From the NCBI RefSeq assembly GCF_001186125.1, contig NW_014040557.1:72533-107916 (forward strand): 35,384 nt of DNA, in the 5' to 3' direction. The position numbers were made by a program, and so were the translations under genes. The notes under the pieces were generated by a model. The model was given only the letters and a program-made list of their open reading frames with translations. It had not been told where the DNA came from and made no database searches. Positions 23,380 through 35,384 of this stretch are shown here, one piece after another; position 1 is the first letter of the stretch; the number at the start of each line of letters is the position of its first letter. This DNA comes from Sphaeroforma arctica JP610. Taxonomy: Eukaryota.

Positions 23380-23639
23380 CCTGATTATTTACTATATGTG
23401 GAACTACTGCACCAGCTTGGTGTGTTCATTTTCATTTCGGGGGGGTTTTTTTTGAAGTTGGACATAGAGATATTTTATTGATAAGTATTATTGGAGGATT
23501 GTTTCAAAGAATGATTTCGGTGCAGAATGTGACCAATGAAGCGATATTTGGTTTTAGTCATTGACAGCATATAAACTTAGACCGAGGTAGAGTAATTAAA
23601 GCGGAACTACACGACATCGGCCTCAGTCTAAAATTTCCT

Positions 23640-25070
23640 AATTTATAGCACACACTACCGAGGGTTGAAGCTGAACAATTTTTTTTGTTGCAATTTAACA
23701 AAATAACGTATTATAGTCAGCCCGATTCGACCGACTTTACATTTGTGGTGGAAAATTCCACGAGGCCGTTTCTGATTGAGCAGTTGCGCGGTATATGCGA
23801 AGGACCGGGCAGGACAGTGATCAAGGCATCGGACGGGGTAAGTAAAGTCGTAACATGTTCGACGGCAGAGAAAACTGACATTACGAGTGACACAAGTTAG
23901 TTGCACGTGGTGTTTTACCCTTCCTTAGATCGTAAAATGGCTGATGGTGGTGTAAAGATGCTAGTTATTAGGAACCCCCAAAATTTATATATTGTCCTGT
24001 AATCGATTATGTAAGACGATTGTTGAGATAGGGTAGAAGTGAGGTAGCTAAGACCAAGACCAGGAAGCATTTCTCGCTCGGTACCATGCATGGTAGGCTA
24101 GTCAGTAAGTATCAGAGGAAATGTCTTTTTCCATATCAATGAGGAGATAACGTGCTGCGGTGTGTATGTAGAAAACGGTGACGCCACCATCGATCAAAAA
24201 TAGATAGGTAGCGGTTGTAATGAGATGCAAGCGACAGTGACATCAGGATAGGTTGAGGTAGATTTATCAACTATATGTGAGAAAAAGCTCTTAAAGGTGT
24301 GCTCTTCAATAGTGCACAGGTTCTATATGAACAAACAGGGCGTCGAAATTAGCATCGTGATGGTATGATTCGCCACATCGACCACAAAACGGTGTGAATT
24401 AGTCTGTTACTATGTTTCTATCCATTCACAATGATGAAGATGTGACAATAGCACGATCATTGCTGATGAGAAACTAATTGTCCTGCTCTTGGACTGATTG
24501 ACCGAGTCCAGAAAGAAAAATATGTATCTTGGATAAAGACTGAAAAATTACGGTTCACTAGCAAGCAACGGCACGCTGGAGCTTGATGCATCGATTTACC
24601 CAGGAGCGCATAGATTCCCCATCGTTGACGCGGAATGCTGCAAGGTAAGCTATGTTGATCGGCTGAGCAACAGTTGCATACTTAAAGAACAATATATTGC
24701 GCAAAATTTGAAGAAGTGTCCAAGGATCAGACAACAGTTCCTCAGGGTCGAAGGACTGACGAAGTCCATTGGATAGGAAATTAAATACGATATTACAAGC
24801 GCAGCCGTAACAACAATATTTAGTGGAAGTAGTACAGAACTGTGTAGCCTGAAAATAAAGTTGGTTAGGAGGGTACACTATGAGAGTTTCGCCGGGAGGG
24901 ATGTTGGGTTGGCCATCTGGGATATATTCGAGGACAGGTGGCACATTTAGTTCAGCAGAGGATGCGGCCACACGGAGATCGCTCAGTCTGACGTCGGGGT
25001 TGTCAACACCGAGAGTGCTTGGGTCCAGTGGCGGTGGAAGGCTGCGGTGAATGCAGTGTCGGATTCCATA
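23640..25070 (-). pseudogene. Decayed retrotransposon gag-protease remnant
   Basis: ORF 24558-24971 ends LAAFRVNDGESMRSWVNRC (gag Q..GES...y..RF-like). TYLFLIDGGVTVFYI at about 24210-24165 resembles an aspartyl protease active site. Confidence 0.55.
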
Positions 25071-25519
25071 TTGAGCAAGGGGCTTTATTAACAGTTATTA
25101 TACTATATTTTATAAATTATTAAACTGTATTGACTCTTCTTCGGAAAAATGGTTATATTAATATATTTTCGGTGTCAAATATAAATTCAAACGGGTGTGC
25201 GCATTGGGGATATGGATACAATAAGTACTCTTGTAGATGAAGCACAAATAGGATAAAAGCAACGGCGCAAGATAAGTGAAAAATAAGTTTTTGTATAACT
25301 TATGTATCTAGAAAAACCATGTTTGTATTTTTAAACCTAGTTCGGACGTGCCAAAAATGCTCTGGGAAAGAAAAGATTTACATATGTATGTATAATTGTA
25401 ACATACGTATTTCTGTTTTTTTTGTTTTATCTAGGAGCTCCGGTACAGAGACTCGTCGGTACCTTGAATCTTGGCGGGTCCCGAATCATGAGTCATGCTT
25501 CCGGCAATTCATATCAGGT

Positions 25520-27240
25520 CTTTATTTCAGTCCAAGCCAGCTTTGTTTATACAAGAACAGGCATAGCCTCCTAAAAAGTAAACCAACCAAACATACTGGT
25601 AGATATTTGAACGCGCAAGCAATTGCCGAAGAGTAAATAATATACAGCTGATATAGTGAATTCGACTGTGAAGTATGTTCGTAAAGTGTGTGTTGATAGC
25701 CACCAAGGTCATCACTGATCCCATTCAAGCCGTTTGCAAGTCCAGCAAGATTTTGCACCTATTTTAGTTGACCACGTTAATCCTGATCAAGTTCATCAAT
25801 AAGTGATACGATATTCGACACACATCTTACTGTCGTTCTCCCGCCCACACAGTCCATTCAAGGACGACAAGTTCATTGTACATAGAGCAGAAAACATTTC
25901 ATTTGTACGCAGCATAGCCCTCAATATAGAACAGAGAACTATCGGCAAATGATGTAGATGAAACTTTCGGTCCGTAATGTGCCAATTTTTGCCATAAATC
26001 ATGCGGTCGCGCACAATCCGCTTTTTCTAATTAATCCTGTCTCGGATTGCAGATCCTCAACTAGTTTGTTATACAATTATCAGTTGTGACACAAATTCTA
26101 TTTCATACCTATATCATATAACGCTTGTCCAAACCATCCGTGTGCGTTGTGTATGATTGTAAGCTCCAATGTCGAGATGGTGGTTTCCGCCCGCCATAGC
26201 ACGCGCAACGTTGAAACTTTTTCGTTGGAAATTCATTTGACCCGGCAATACAAGTAGGAATCCATTCCCTGTTAGAAAATGCCGTATGCAGACAGCAAGT
26301 GCGTGCAGTGTGTGCGCGAGCGTGAAGAATGTTTCAGATGTTAGCTCATCTTTCAGTGCACGCCTACCCAAGCCTCATTTACGACCTGGAGTATCATTTG
26401 TATTTCCAGTGATGTCTACATCGTCCCTGATCATAACCAACAGATAATTTTTGGCCAGCAGCATCGACTCCGAGAGTTCTGCCTAACCTGATATTCAAGT
26501 CGTGACCACTAATAACTTTTTATATAGACGAGTCGTCTTCAAATATCTGCAGTAAAATACATATGTAATACACATTTTCTAAACAACAACTTGTGCAAAA
26601 GGCTTTTATTTCTAAAACACGTTATTGTCACATCTGTATTTAGCATATATACACATACATGGCTAAAACAAGCCAAATTCTATATTAACGACTATTTGTA
26701 CGAAAATATGCCCATTAATACATAGATCTGCATGTGGACGCAAATATTTTCTTCTGAATTCTAAAACTAATAAAGATATAAAGTATCCGTGGTTATATGG
26801 TACGAATTAGTGCCAATATTCGTGCAGATTAGTGAAATGGGCAAGAACTCTAAACTATCTCAAATACGGCCATCATCGTCGTCGTCATCCATATTCACAT
26901 TACTCGCAGCGTTTGGACTATCCGCGAGTATACCGGCATACCATTGATTCTGTAGCCAATCCGCAATTTCTTCTGCCTCTTATAGGCGTGGATCATTTGG
27001 AGATTTAAACGTTTATGTTTACCCTTCATAGAACTCACTACGCGAAACTGCTGGATAATGAAGCTTTGAATCGTCTCCAAAAACAAGTATGTTCCCGAAG
27101 TTACTTTATCGAATTCACATCTAAGTGCATTAGATAACTCGGGCGTAAATATTAGAGGTGCGGGGAATACTTGCTGTCTCTCTGAGAAAACCGATGGCGC
27201 GTCGGTCACGGTGTGCAGGCAACGATATAGAAATGACTGG
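25520..27240 (-). mobile_element. P-element/THAP9-like transposase remnant (C-terminal half)
   Basis: ERQQVFPAPLIFTPELSNAL...TSGTYLFLETI...KGKHKR (E.qnV..A..iF...AL...GT..F); LTSETFFTLAHTLHALAVCIRHFLTGNGFLLVLPGQMN...FNVARAMAGGNHH (LT.ET..AL..T...gf.yvL.G...F...R...GGN); DLGG at about 25710. Confidence 0.78.
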
Positions 27241-27297
27241 CATCGATAAGGAAGAGAGCCCAGTAGTGTTGACCGAGGATGACCAATATTAGGACCA

Positions 27298-29318
27298 ATG
27301 AGGATGACGCTCTTCAACCCACAAGGACTCAACATGGACAACGCAGCACATACAGATAAGTGTCTGAACGTTGTATCGATTTTGAGTCAGGTTGATGTTC
27401 TGTGTGTGGTTGAAACCTGGCATAACACCACATTTCTTAATCATATACGTTCGAACACACACTACCATGTTCTACATCACGCTACACGACATAATATCTT
27501 ACACCCTTCACACTGTGGTATTGGCATTTTTTCCAAACACCATCCATCGAAATTTCAACTTGTACATTCCTCACCGTACGCGGTGTTCTTTGTGTGCTTT
27601 GGGCGTTCATATGGCCGTGTTCTACCTTCTACTCAAATTACTTACTGAAGAAGACGTCAGGCTATACATGAATCCCCCCGAGATTGGCAATTTCCAACCA
27701 GATGTCGTTTGGGGAGATTTCATTTTCAAAGCCCAGAAGTATGGCCATACATCCACAAATCACGGACTACGTATGAAAACGATCGAGACTACTCTGCGTA
27801 ATACGTGGCACTTGGACTACCTCCATGCTGGCGGCTCAACTGGTACAGAACATGCGTATCATCGGCCTACCACCTCCGCCTCCCTCCAGATCTATAAGCA
27901 GAAGGACTACGGTATCTGTGGTGACCACACCTTTGGACTCGATCTCCAGATACTTCCAATGAATCAAATCCATCGGCCCCAACAAATGCCAACAATGCCG
28001 CCGCCTCCGAACCAACGCCTCCCCTCTCGTGGATATAACCGATACCGCCATCGACTGTATCACCTACGCAACAAATCCCGCGCGCGACTATTCCAAGCCA
28101 AAATCCGGGCACATCAGAACCTACTACGGTCGGATTTAACTTTGTACGGATCAGCGGAAGGGCAGCTACGAATCCTCGACCGCATTTGGCGCTATGCCGC
28201 TAACTCACAAATCTTCGAGGGTTTCTACTATGACTTAAACAGACCCTGGGTTCAGCGGCTGCCAAACCATTCGTTCCGCCCACGTCTGACCGCCCAAAGC
28301 AATGCTCAAATGTTCAAATATATTGCGTACCAACGACGGTCTCCGCGCCAACCCTGCATACCGGGTGCCGATGACACAGGCGCTACCCTCGCTGGCTACT
28401 TTGAGGACCTATTCAACTATACAAACCTGTACGTGGTTCCACCGGATACCGAACCCTCGCCCGATGTCGCTTCCACCATACGCCCTGACAATGTAATGGA
28501 GGCTATACTACGATATCCCTATAAGGGACCTGGCCCCGACGGGATTCACATCCTCCTCCTGGAGACCGCAGTGGAGCGCTCCACCGAACGCAGGACATTA
28601 GGACGCCCCGACGCCAATAGCCCACTGATTAGACTCCTTGCCGAAGCATTCACTGAGCTACAGAAGGCGGGTACCTTCCCTGCAGCCCTGAACTGCAGCC
28701 TCCTGACAGCGCACCCAAAGAAAGCTGATGCAGATGTAACCCCTCCCCCGCCTAGTCAGACGCATCTTTGAAAAGTGCTTTCTTAAGCTGATTGCGAGCC
28801 ACCCCAGCTCTGCTACCCATGCTACCCAAGCTGGCTTCAAATCACGATACTCCTGTCATACCCAAGCATTCGCCGCCATGGAATCTGAGACATAGTCAGA
28901 AGAGGAGTGGAACGACTTCTGTCTGGACATTACCAAGGCATACGACAATGTTGCTCTCCCACGCCTATGGGTACTCCTGCGCCACGTTGGAATGCCCGAA
29001 AACTGGATCAACTGCCTTTGCGCGCTATTTGAGAGGGTCCCTACCCGAGTGACATACCGCTGCACGCTCGTGCCTCTATTCCATATAACGAATGGCATTC
29101 TACAAGGCTCAATCGTCGGCCCCCGGCTCTTTACTATCTACACGGATTCCTTAACTGTCACGCTAGCACAATTTCGGCCCAAGCTCCTCCGCTCTTATTT
29201 ATTTGTCGATGACACACGGATCCAAGCCCCCCAACCGGTTCCGCTCCAGCCCTTCTTAAGCGACATTGATGCGTGGGGACGCAAATCTGACCTCGAACAG
29301 GGTGTCATTGAACCCTGA
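27298..29318 (+). pseudogene. LINE ORF2: APE endonuclease + reverse transcriptase, frameshifted and 3'-truncated
   Basis: EN: TLFNPQGL, DVLCVVETW, GIGIF, WGDF, LDYL, GDH. RT: KGPGPDGI, PKK, IFEK, QAGF, LDITKAYDNV, GILQGSIVGPRLFTIY and FVDD (29202-29213). Confidence 0.93.
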
Positions 29319-29429
29319 GTACAAAAAAAATTCCAGTTGGGACCCACAGCCACAAATGTTGGGCCAGGCCAAACCCCCAACTAAGTCGTTCGTCACCAAG
29401 GACTCCTTGCCCAATGACTAATAGAAATT

Positions 29430-30310
29430 GGACTTACAAAAATCTATCACAGACCTCTCTATCCAGGTTAATACTCTACAGGCCAATCTCAACCAAATAT
29501 CAGGACCGGCTCTACCAAACCCGAACAATGAGGGCCCATTTCCAAGAAGCCTCTAGCTGACGACCAATGGAAATCCACCATGCATCAAATGCTCACTAAA
29601 CTATGTGTCAAGGTGAACAACCTCGAATCCGAACTCCGGGACCTAAAATCCCAAACCTGTGCACCTCTAAATGAAGGCACACCCCACACCATCCGAACCG
29701 CGGCCGAGGGCACCCAATAGCAGCAGTGAGCCTTCCAGCTACTGCTCAAAAGGAGACAAACCCGCAAAACCTAGCCCCAAAAAACGACCGACCACACCAG
29801 CTTCTCAACCCCTACTGCAGTCGCCAGTACCCACACACCTTTTGACGAAAGTGATGGGCCGCCCGATGCCGGACAAAACTCTCCACGAAATGGATGACGT
29901 AACTCCGGTATGGCTCTTCTCTCGGGCAATTTTTCCTAACGGCAAACCTCCATCCCAATCAGAATTTGAAAATTACTGGCACGCTCTACCGCTCCTCAAT
30001 CGCCATCACTTCTTTTGGTATCTCCCGTCCAAACTGATTTCTCAACTAAATCGCCACGGGAGTTCCACCAGTTTCGTCCGCCTTTGTGTTCCTAGTGACG
30101 CTGTTGCCCAGGTGAAACGACATGCAACACTTACGTGGAAATGGCAGTTTGATGAAACTATCGACCCACGCTCCAAACATTATCCCGACTCTACGAAAGT
30201 AGCTTCAATCCACTATCTTCGTACCAAGCGGGAGGCTCGCTGCACACATGAACGAGCGCCAAAAGTTCTTGCCAGCAGCATGGATGCACTACTGAACCCC
30301 CTTGTCAGCT
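29430..30310 (+). pseudogene. Possible LINE ORF1-like protein (coiled coil, Pro/Lys-rich linker, globular domain)
   Basis: Coiled-coil-like LQKSITDLSIQVNTLQANL and LTKLCVKVNNLESELRDLK precede ORF 29671-30339. The C/A-rich strand bias matches the adjacent LINE. No diagnostic motif. Confidence 0.4.
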
Positions 30311-30314
30311 CCAC

Positions 30315-30410
30315 TTGTAACTTATCTCTTTTGAAATAAATAAGATTATCTCTACAACGGCTATGAGAGACATTGTAACCTAGCTTTTTGAAATAAATGA
30401 TATTATCCCT
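30315..30410 (+). repeat. Putative LINE 3' tail with tandemly duplicated ttgtaac...tttgaaataaat..attatc unit
   Basis: Two copies of the unit are present, and the sequence is shared with 6849-6960. Confidence 0.6.
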
Positions 30411-31900
30411 ACCATGGTCGCTACGGGTACCATGGTTTGAACTGTGTAAGTCACTGTTACAGGTGGAACCACTGTTAGTTCCACGAACACCACTTATGTT
30501 TTCGAGGTACGCGAAGTATGCCTGCGGGGAGATGCCGTGGGGCCACACAGTGATTGCAAGGTTGGGGCCGACCACGGGCTTTGTATTCGACGAGTCTTCT
30601 CAGGAACGCCACGTTCTTTGCTATATCACAGATGTCTGGGTACGTCCCGTGAGATACCGGTCGCTCTATCCAGCACTGAGGCACAACAAGCTTTCGCGAA
30701 TACTACACCAGCAGAACAGCAACGTCGGACAAACAAGGATACCACGGTACGTCGGACACGGTAGACCAGCTACAACTGAACGGTCATGCTGACCAGGTGA
30801 ACAGAAGCTAAACGACAGTGTAGAGCGTGTTTGGGCTAGTACACTCTGAAAGGATTCCATCCTATGATTGGCATCGACACCCGATATCCGTGAAATAATA
30901 TCCAAGTGAACTATATCCCCATGCTAGTCATGTCACGGCGGAAGAATATTTTTTTTTTCACGTGTTGGACGTCGCTTCAGGATAATCAATCCCAAAGCGG
31001 CACCGAACAAGTCTAAAGATACCACTGCACAGACGTTGATGGCTATCTATGATGAACAAGGGTTCCCCCGTATGATGCAGTCGAATATGGGGTCGGAATT
31101 CGTCAACTAAGTGGGCTATTATGCGTTTGATTTCTCCACCATATAACCCACAAGTCTTAAGGACGACGGAATGGCAACACAAGGAGATCATCCGGTCGAT
31201 ATGAATATGCTGTGGAGCAATTCCTCAAGCATGGGACGAGCTTTTACCATTCACAATGTCATATCAGAACCTGCAGATCTCCCGGCGCTACAAGAGTGTA
31301 CCTTTCAGCGTGTATATCGGTCGACGACACGTACTATTTGCGGATTTCATCAACGTCTCCCTGAATAGCCAGACAGTGACCAATAACTTTTGGGTCCAAC
31401 GGTTGGACAAGCTGCCGGACGCCATTCTGCCGACACTCCCACTAGATCACCAAGTATACGGATAACCTCACGAAGACGTCTGATCGCCTACATGCTCACA
31501 ACTTGGTTCATTTCAAAATAGGGGACGTGGTGATGGTGAAGTCGGAAGGCCCTAAAGGTCCGTTGTTTGGACCATATGTGGTAAAAAGCCCAGAATGGGC
31601 AGTTCTTCGACCTGTCCACGCAGGACAGATTGATGCTTATCGAGTTCAAAGGCCGACCTGCACGTGCCGAGCTCTTACGCTTAGCCCACAAGAACACTGA
31701 CCATCTGTTAGAAAAGACTATATGGCGAGACGGTGGTTCAGCATTCCGACATATTATACGGCATCGCACCAACGACGACACTGACAAGGTTGAGTGTCTC
31801 GGGCGTTGGCGGGAAGGAGAACACCGACGTGGGGAACATAAGAAGCTTTTGATGACGCTAATGACATTGTGACATACCACAAAGACTCACAGACACCGTC
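30409..31900 (+). mobile_element. Decayed Gypsy pol 3' part: MTase-like C-terminus, integrase, chromodomain
   Basis: LPWSLRVPWFELCKSLLQVEPLLV...GHTVIARLG (30409-30567) aligns with 18001-17843. Then YVGHGRPATT, FHVLDVASG, GFPRMMQSNMGSEFVN, SPPYNPQ, FKIGDVVMVK..GPYVV and the chromodomain-like FRHIIRHRTNDDTDKVECLGRW. Confidence 0.85.
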
Positions 31901-33590
31901 GAAGAAACGGGTTTTATTTACCCAGCTGTTTCACTTAAACTTACAGACCCCGCTCGAGAGAGCAATAATAACCGAGTCCTCTAGCTCTCTGATGTTAAAT
32001 GCCAGCCGAGCTCCAGCTCGCTGAGGATTAATGCCAGCGGATTCCTCATGTTTGTGATACTAAGTATAATTTTCCCTTTCTTTCTTTTTTAAGCTGGCAC
32101 AAGTACCGTGCTTCAACTTTGGGGTGGGTGGGTTTGTGGTAATAATACTTAGGATTAAGATAATTTTAGGAATAAACTTGGTTTGTCCGATCCGATTTGC
32201 TGATCGGATTTTAAACACATGCCAACTTATCAAATTATATCTCACAAGCTAATAATTAATAAATAGACAACGACCCCCTTTGAATGAAGGAGGTTGTACG
32301 TTGAGGTGCTGTTATCTTGGCGTATTTACTACACCAACAATAACTAGACGCTCTTGTTGAAAAGTTGGATAGTTGATCTGTAATGTATTCGTAGCCCTGC
32401 TAAAGAACTGCACATACCTCACGTTCCCAAATTAGTTGATACAATACGCTGTAACTACCATGAACGGTATCCTATCTTTTGGTTGCTGGACGACTGTTTT
32501 GAGCTGCTTAAAGGCATCATCACATTTTTTTTTGTCTATAAAGATATTAATTTACCCTTGTGACACAAGTATTCAAAAGGCTTAAGATAACTTGCTAAAT
32601 ATGGAACTCCATCCGACAGACAGTTGACGAAACCCCACATGCTGCTCACGTTCTTGCCGGTGGTAGGTGTTCTTCATTCTAGTAAGTGTTCGATCTTTCC
32701 GATATCAATCATGATTCCTTCTATCTCGCTGACGCCAAATTGTCATTTCTTGCTACTGATTATACAGTTGTGTTTGTTCAATCTGTTTATGTCATGTTCT
32801 TCTTTGGTATTCGGCGATATATCTATACGTTATCCATGTCTAGAACCAAATCATGCATGATCTGTCGTAAGAACGCTGGTAACATGTGCACAACAAACGG
32901 TACCCCCTTAAACGAATATTTTTGCCCATCCTAGGTATTTGTGAATTACTTCCTATGCTGCTTAAATATCTTCATCTGGTGGTAGCCTTGCTTTAAATCG
33001 ATAGTGGAGAAGCTTTTAGCTCCAACCATATGTCACAGCCATTCGATAATTCTCTGTAGGTGAGGTTTTTATCTTGGAATGAGTGCGTTTATTTTGCTCA
33101 AATCAAAACACACTCGAAATCATTCAGTGTCCCATCTGAAATAAAATGGTCTACTGCCAAGAGTGCCAGGTTTACGGGAGTGAGTTCGTAGTTGACTGCG
33201 ATTACTCCAACTTCCAACCAGGTCTTGACTTGTTCTCTAACTACCTGTTCGTGACGCCAAGCTACGTAGTTGCGCGTCCGACGTTTTGACTTCGAAAAGT
33301 CTACGTTAGTAATGTCTAAAGCTCACATACCTGCTATTGAACTTGAACTTAGCCCAATCTTTAATCTTGAGCCCCAATATAAATTTCGAAGATCAAATCC
33401 CCAACTTTGTCTGTGACTGTAGATATCATATCTCTCACAGTCTTTGAAGGCTTATATACAAACTTCAGTAAGTTGTCATCTGACTAATCCTTCTGTGGGT
33501 CGATGTTGGTTGGTGAACATGGAATAGTTATACCTAACGACAACAAGACTCACATACCTACTATTAAATCATAATCTGTTGAGGTGTTGC

Positions 33591-34456
33591 TGTAAGTTTC
33601 GGTCTATCAAGGCGATATTAACGCCTTAGAGTAATTAAACGCTTAGGTTAAGTCTAAGTATAGTTAAATTCGAAATAAATAAACGAAATGAGTCTTTTGG
33701 TAAAATTTGGTATGCCTCGTGAAAACAGCAATACTCTGAGGGATTGTGAGGCTGAGACATTCCCTATATATAATCCTCTCAGTACTGTTTTCGCCGAAGG
33801 GATTTTATTTAGTGTTTCGTTATCGCTCTATTAGAAACTATGGTACGTTTCGTTGGGGCGAATCTGAGAAACTCATAAAATCCTATCTTTAGAAATATAA
33901 AAGAAAAGAAAAAAGAAAAAAAAATACTTTTGATGTCCTTAGTTATTTTGGGGCGAATCCGAGAGACTCATAAAATCCTATCTTTAGAAAATTAAAAGAA
34001 AAGAAAAAAGAAAAATTCTCTTGATGTCCGTAGTTATTGCATTAACCAATAACTTGCCACTTGTCAAGAATTACCGACTTAGCCTTCATCAGACTAGCAC
34101 ATATGGTTGGCTGAACGGAGGTTAAACTAGGTAACGCTATCAGTCCCTAGAAACCTATATTCGGTTGAGCCATCTCGCTACCGAAGTATTCAGATATAAA
34201 CAGATTTGGAAAGTAAATATAGTTCTATTAATAGAACTAGACCAAATCTCATGTTTGGTATTTTACTGGGGCCTTTTAATGGCCTTGTCCAAATATCTGA
34301 AATGTAAAATGGAAAAGGTATTAATTAATAAAACCGTTAAAACCCATTTAGGAAACTTAAGTTTCTCGTACTATTAAGAGTACGTTTATAGTTTGCGTAC
34401 TGCTTAAGAGAGCACGTTTATAACATAGAGTCTAATGTGGAGGCCCGGCTATTACA
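33591..34456 (-). mobile_element. Solo LTR (866 bp), same family as 2213-5062
   Basis: Reverse complement of 4186-5062 with TGTAA...TTACA ends; 4-bp TSD TTGC/TTAC (33587-33590 and 34457-34460, one mismatch). Confidence 0.93.
33853..34038. repeat. Tandem duplication (95 + 91 bp) within the solo LTR
   Basis: ttggggcgaatc.gaga.actcataaaatcctatctttagaaa...gatgtcc.tagttatt at 33853 and 33948. The 4186-5062 LTR has a single copy. Confidence 0.92.
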
Positions 34457-35384
34457 TTACAGGCAACTGATTTTGTGACTGCCGTGAGTTGATCAGTAAA
34501 TATAAACCTTAGATCTACGGCTATGTGTCGACACGTTATATCTCTCTCGTCAGCTAGCTTAAAAGTAGTAATTGCTGAGATACGAGCTGCATTCGTTATT
34601 TTACAAAAACCTGATAATATACATGTATTTGGCGAGCCCGAATCAACAACGCTTATATTTCATGCTCGTTAACATGGAGAACAGTGGCAAGTGGACTATC
34701 AAAGAGTGCAAGAGTGTGCTAAAAAGCGCTGGTTGATTGTGCTTCAAGGCTGTCTCGAAGAGCTTAGAGCTCGCGTAATTCTTCTACTAGACCTACAGAA
34801 GGAAGGACTGGGAGCTGCACTCGCATGCTCAAAGCCTAATGTCAGGAGATACCTCAATATGCTGAATTTCTCGGCGCGTACTCTACTGGACCCAGATAGT
34901 ATGAGAGATAGTAGTGATCTAGCGCGTGCAGCGCTTGCAACTGTAGAGGATGCCTAAAGTATACGTACGCGTGTGCATACAATAGAGATAATAAAGCTTA
35001 TCTACGTTGTTTACTATTGATTTTACCTAATAATATGACCTATTACCGATTTTACCAAATGATGACTCATAACCAAAATTTCCATCCTCAGAAAGCATGT
35101 TTGGCTTGTCTGATTTAGAGTGCTATGAACGGATCTAATGAAAGTTGTGGGCGCCAGTTTCAGGGGGAGGTAACGTGTGTTCCAAGGTGCGTCTGCAAGC
35201 GTCGGCGTGATAAGCTCACCATTTATACGGAGGGTTAGGTCCGCTGGAAAATCCTACGATTGCCCATTCAGAGTTATATTCTGAAGTTAGACGCTGACCT
35301 GAAACGTCTCGATATAACAAAGGACAAGGCACAGCGATGGTACGAATTCCTGGTTATGCACGTGTTCTGTAAGAACATAGGGAA

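Larger units (their letters stand above)
32310..34680 (-). mobile_element. Decayed Gypsy protease-RT-RNase H, split by a solo LTR
   Basis: PR: VVDSGSPNTCI (34650 downward) and DYDLIVGM. RT: GAKSFSTIDLKQGYHQM, YSFKGVPF, TPTTGKNVSSMWGFVN. RH: VQFFSRATNTLQINYPTFQQERLVIV. Confidence 0.88.

Noticed and set aside
2213..34456. Inverted copies of tgtaatagccgggcctcc... at 2213 and 34456 could look like the TIRs of a 32-kb element (Polinton-like) carrying importin-beta
   Set aside because: Each end belongs to a separate LTR insertion with its own TSD (AAAG; TTGC/TTAC). No polB, capsid or packaging ATPase is evident.
33591..34456. This LTR as the 5' LTR of the adjacent minus-strand pol
   Set aside because: No PBS or gag follows it, and it interrupts the protease frame with a TSD.
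34691..35384. ORF 34691-34957 (+) and downstream sequence as a gene or gag
   Set aside because: It has no recognisable motifs. It is probably antisense to a decayed gag upstream of the protease, but I cannot support a call.

Overview
Eukaryotic genomic DNA. One intact host gene, importin subunit beta-1 (KPNB1/Kap95; 6 coding exons, 9438-13893, about 870 aa), sits in a dense field of decayed, nested transposable elements. These include Ty3/Gypsy LTR retrotransposons: one internally deleted copy with a 4-bp TSD, several pol remnants, and two solo LTRs whose removal restores interrupted reading frames. There are also an APE-RT LINE, a P-element-like transposase, a Pif1/Helitron-type helicase remnant and a Ulp1-like peptidase fragment. 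The main observation is that a Gypsy pol remnant (16860-20270, -) carries a DIRS-type DNA N6-adenine methyltransferase-like domain (DLFA...WVNPSW...VP...WF) between RNase H and a DDE integrase. A second, highly divergent Gypsy remnant (30409-31900, +) has the homologous C-terminal half of that domain directly upstream of its integrase-chromodomain. This suggests a Gypsy lineage with PR-RT-RH-MTase-INT(-CHD) architecture. All assignments are by-eye motif recognition; no database searches were run, and boundaries of decayed elements are approximate.
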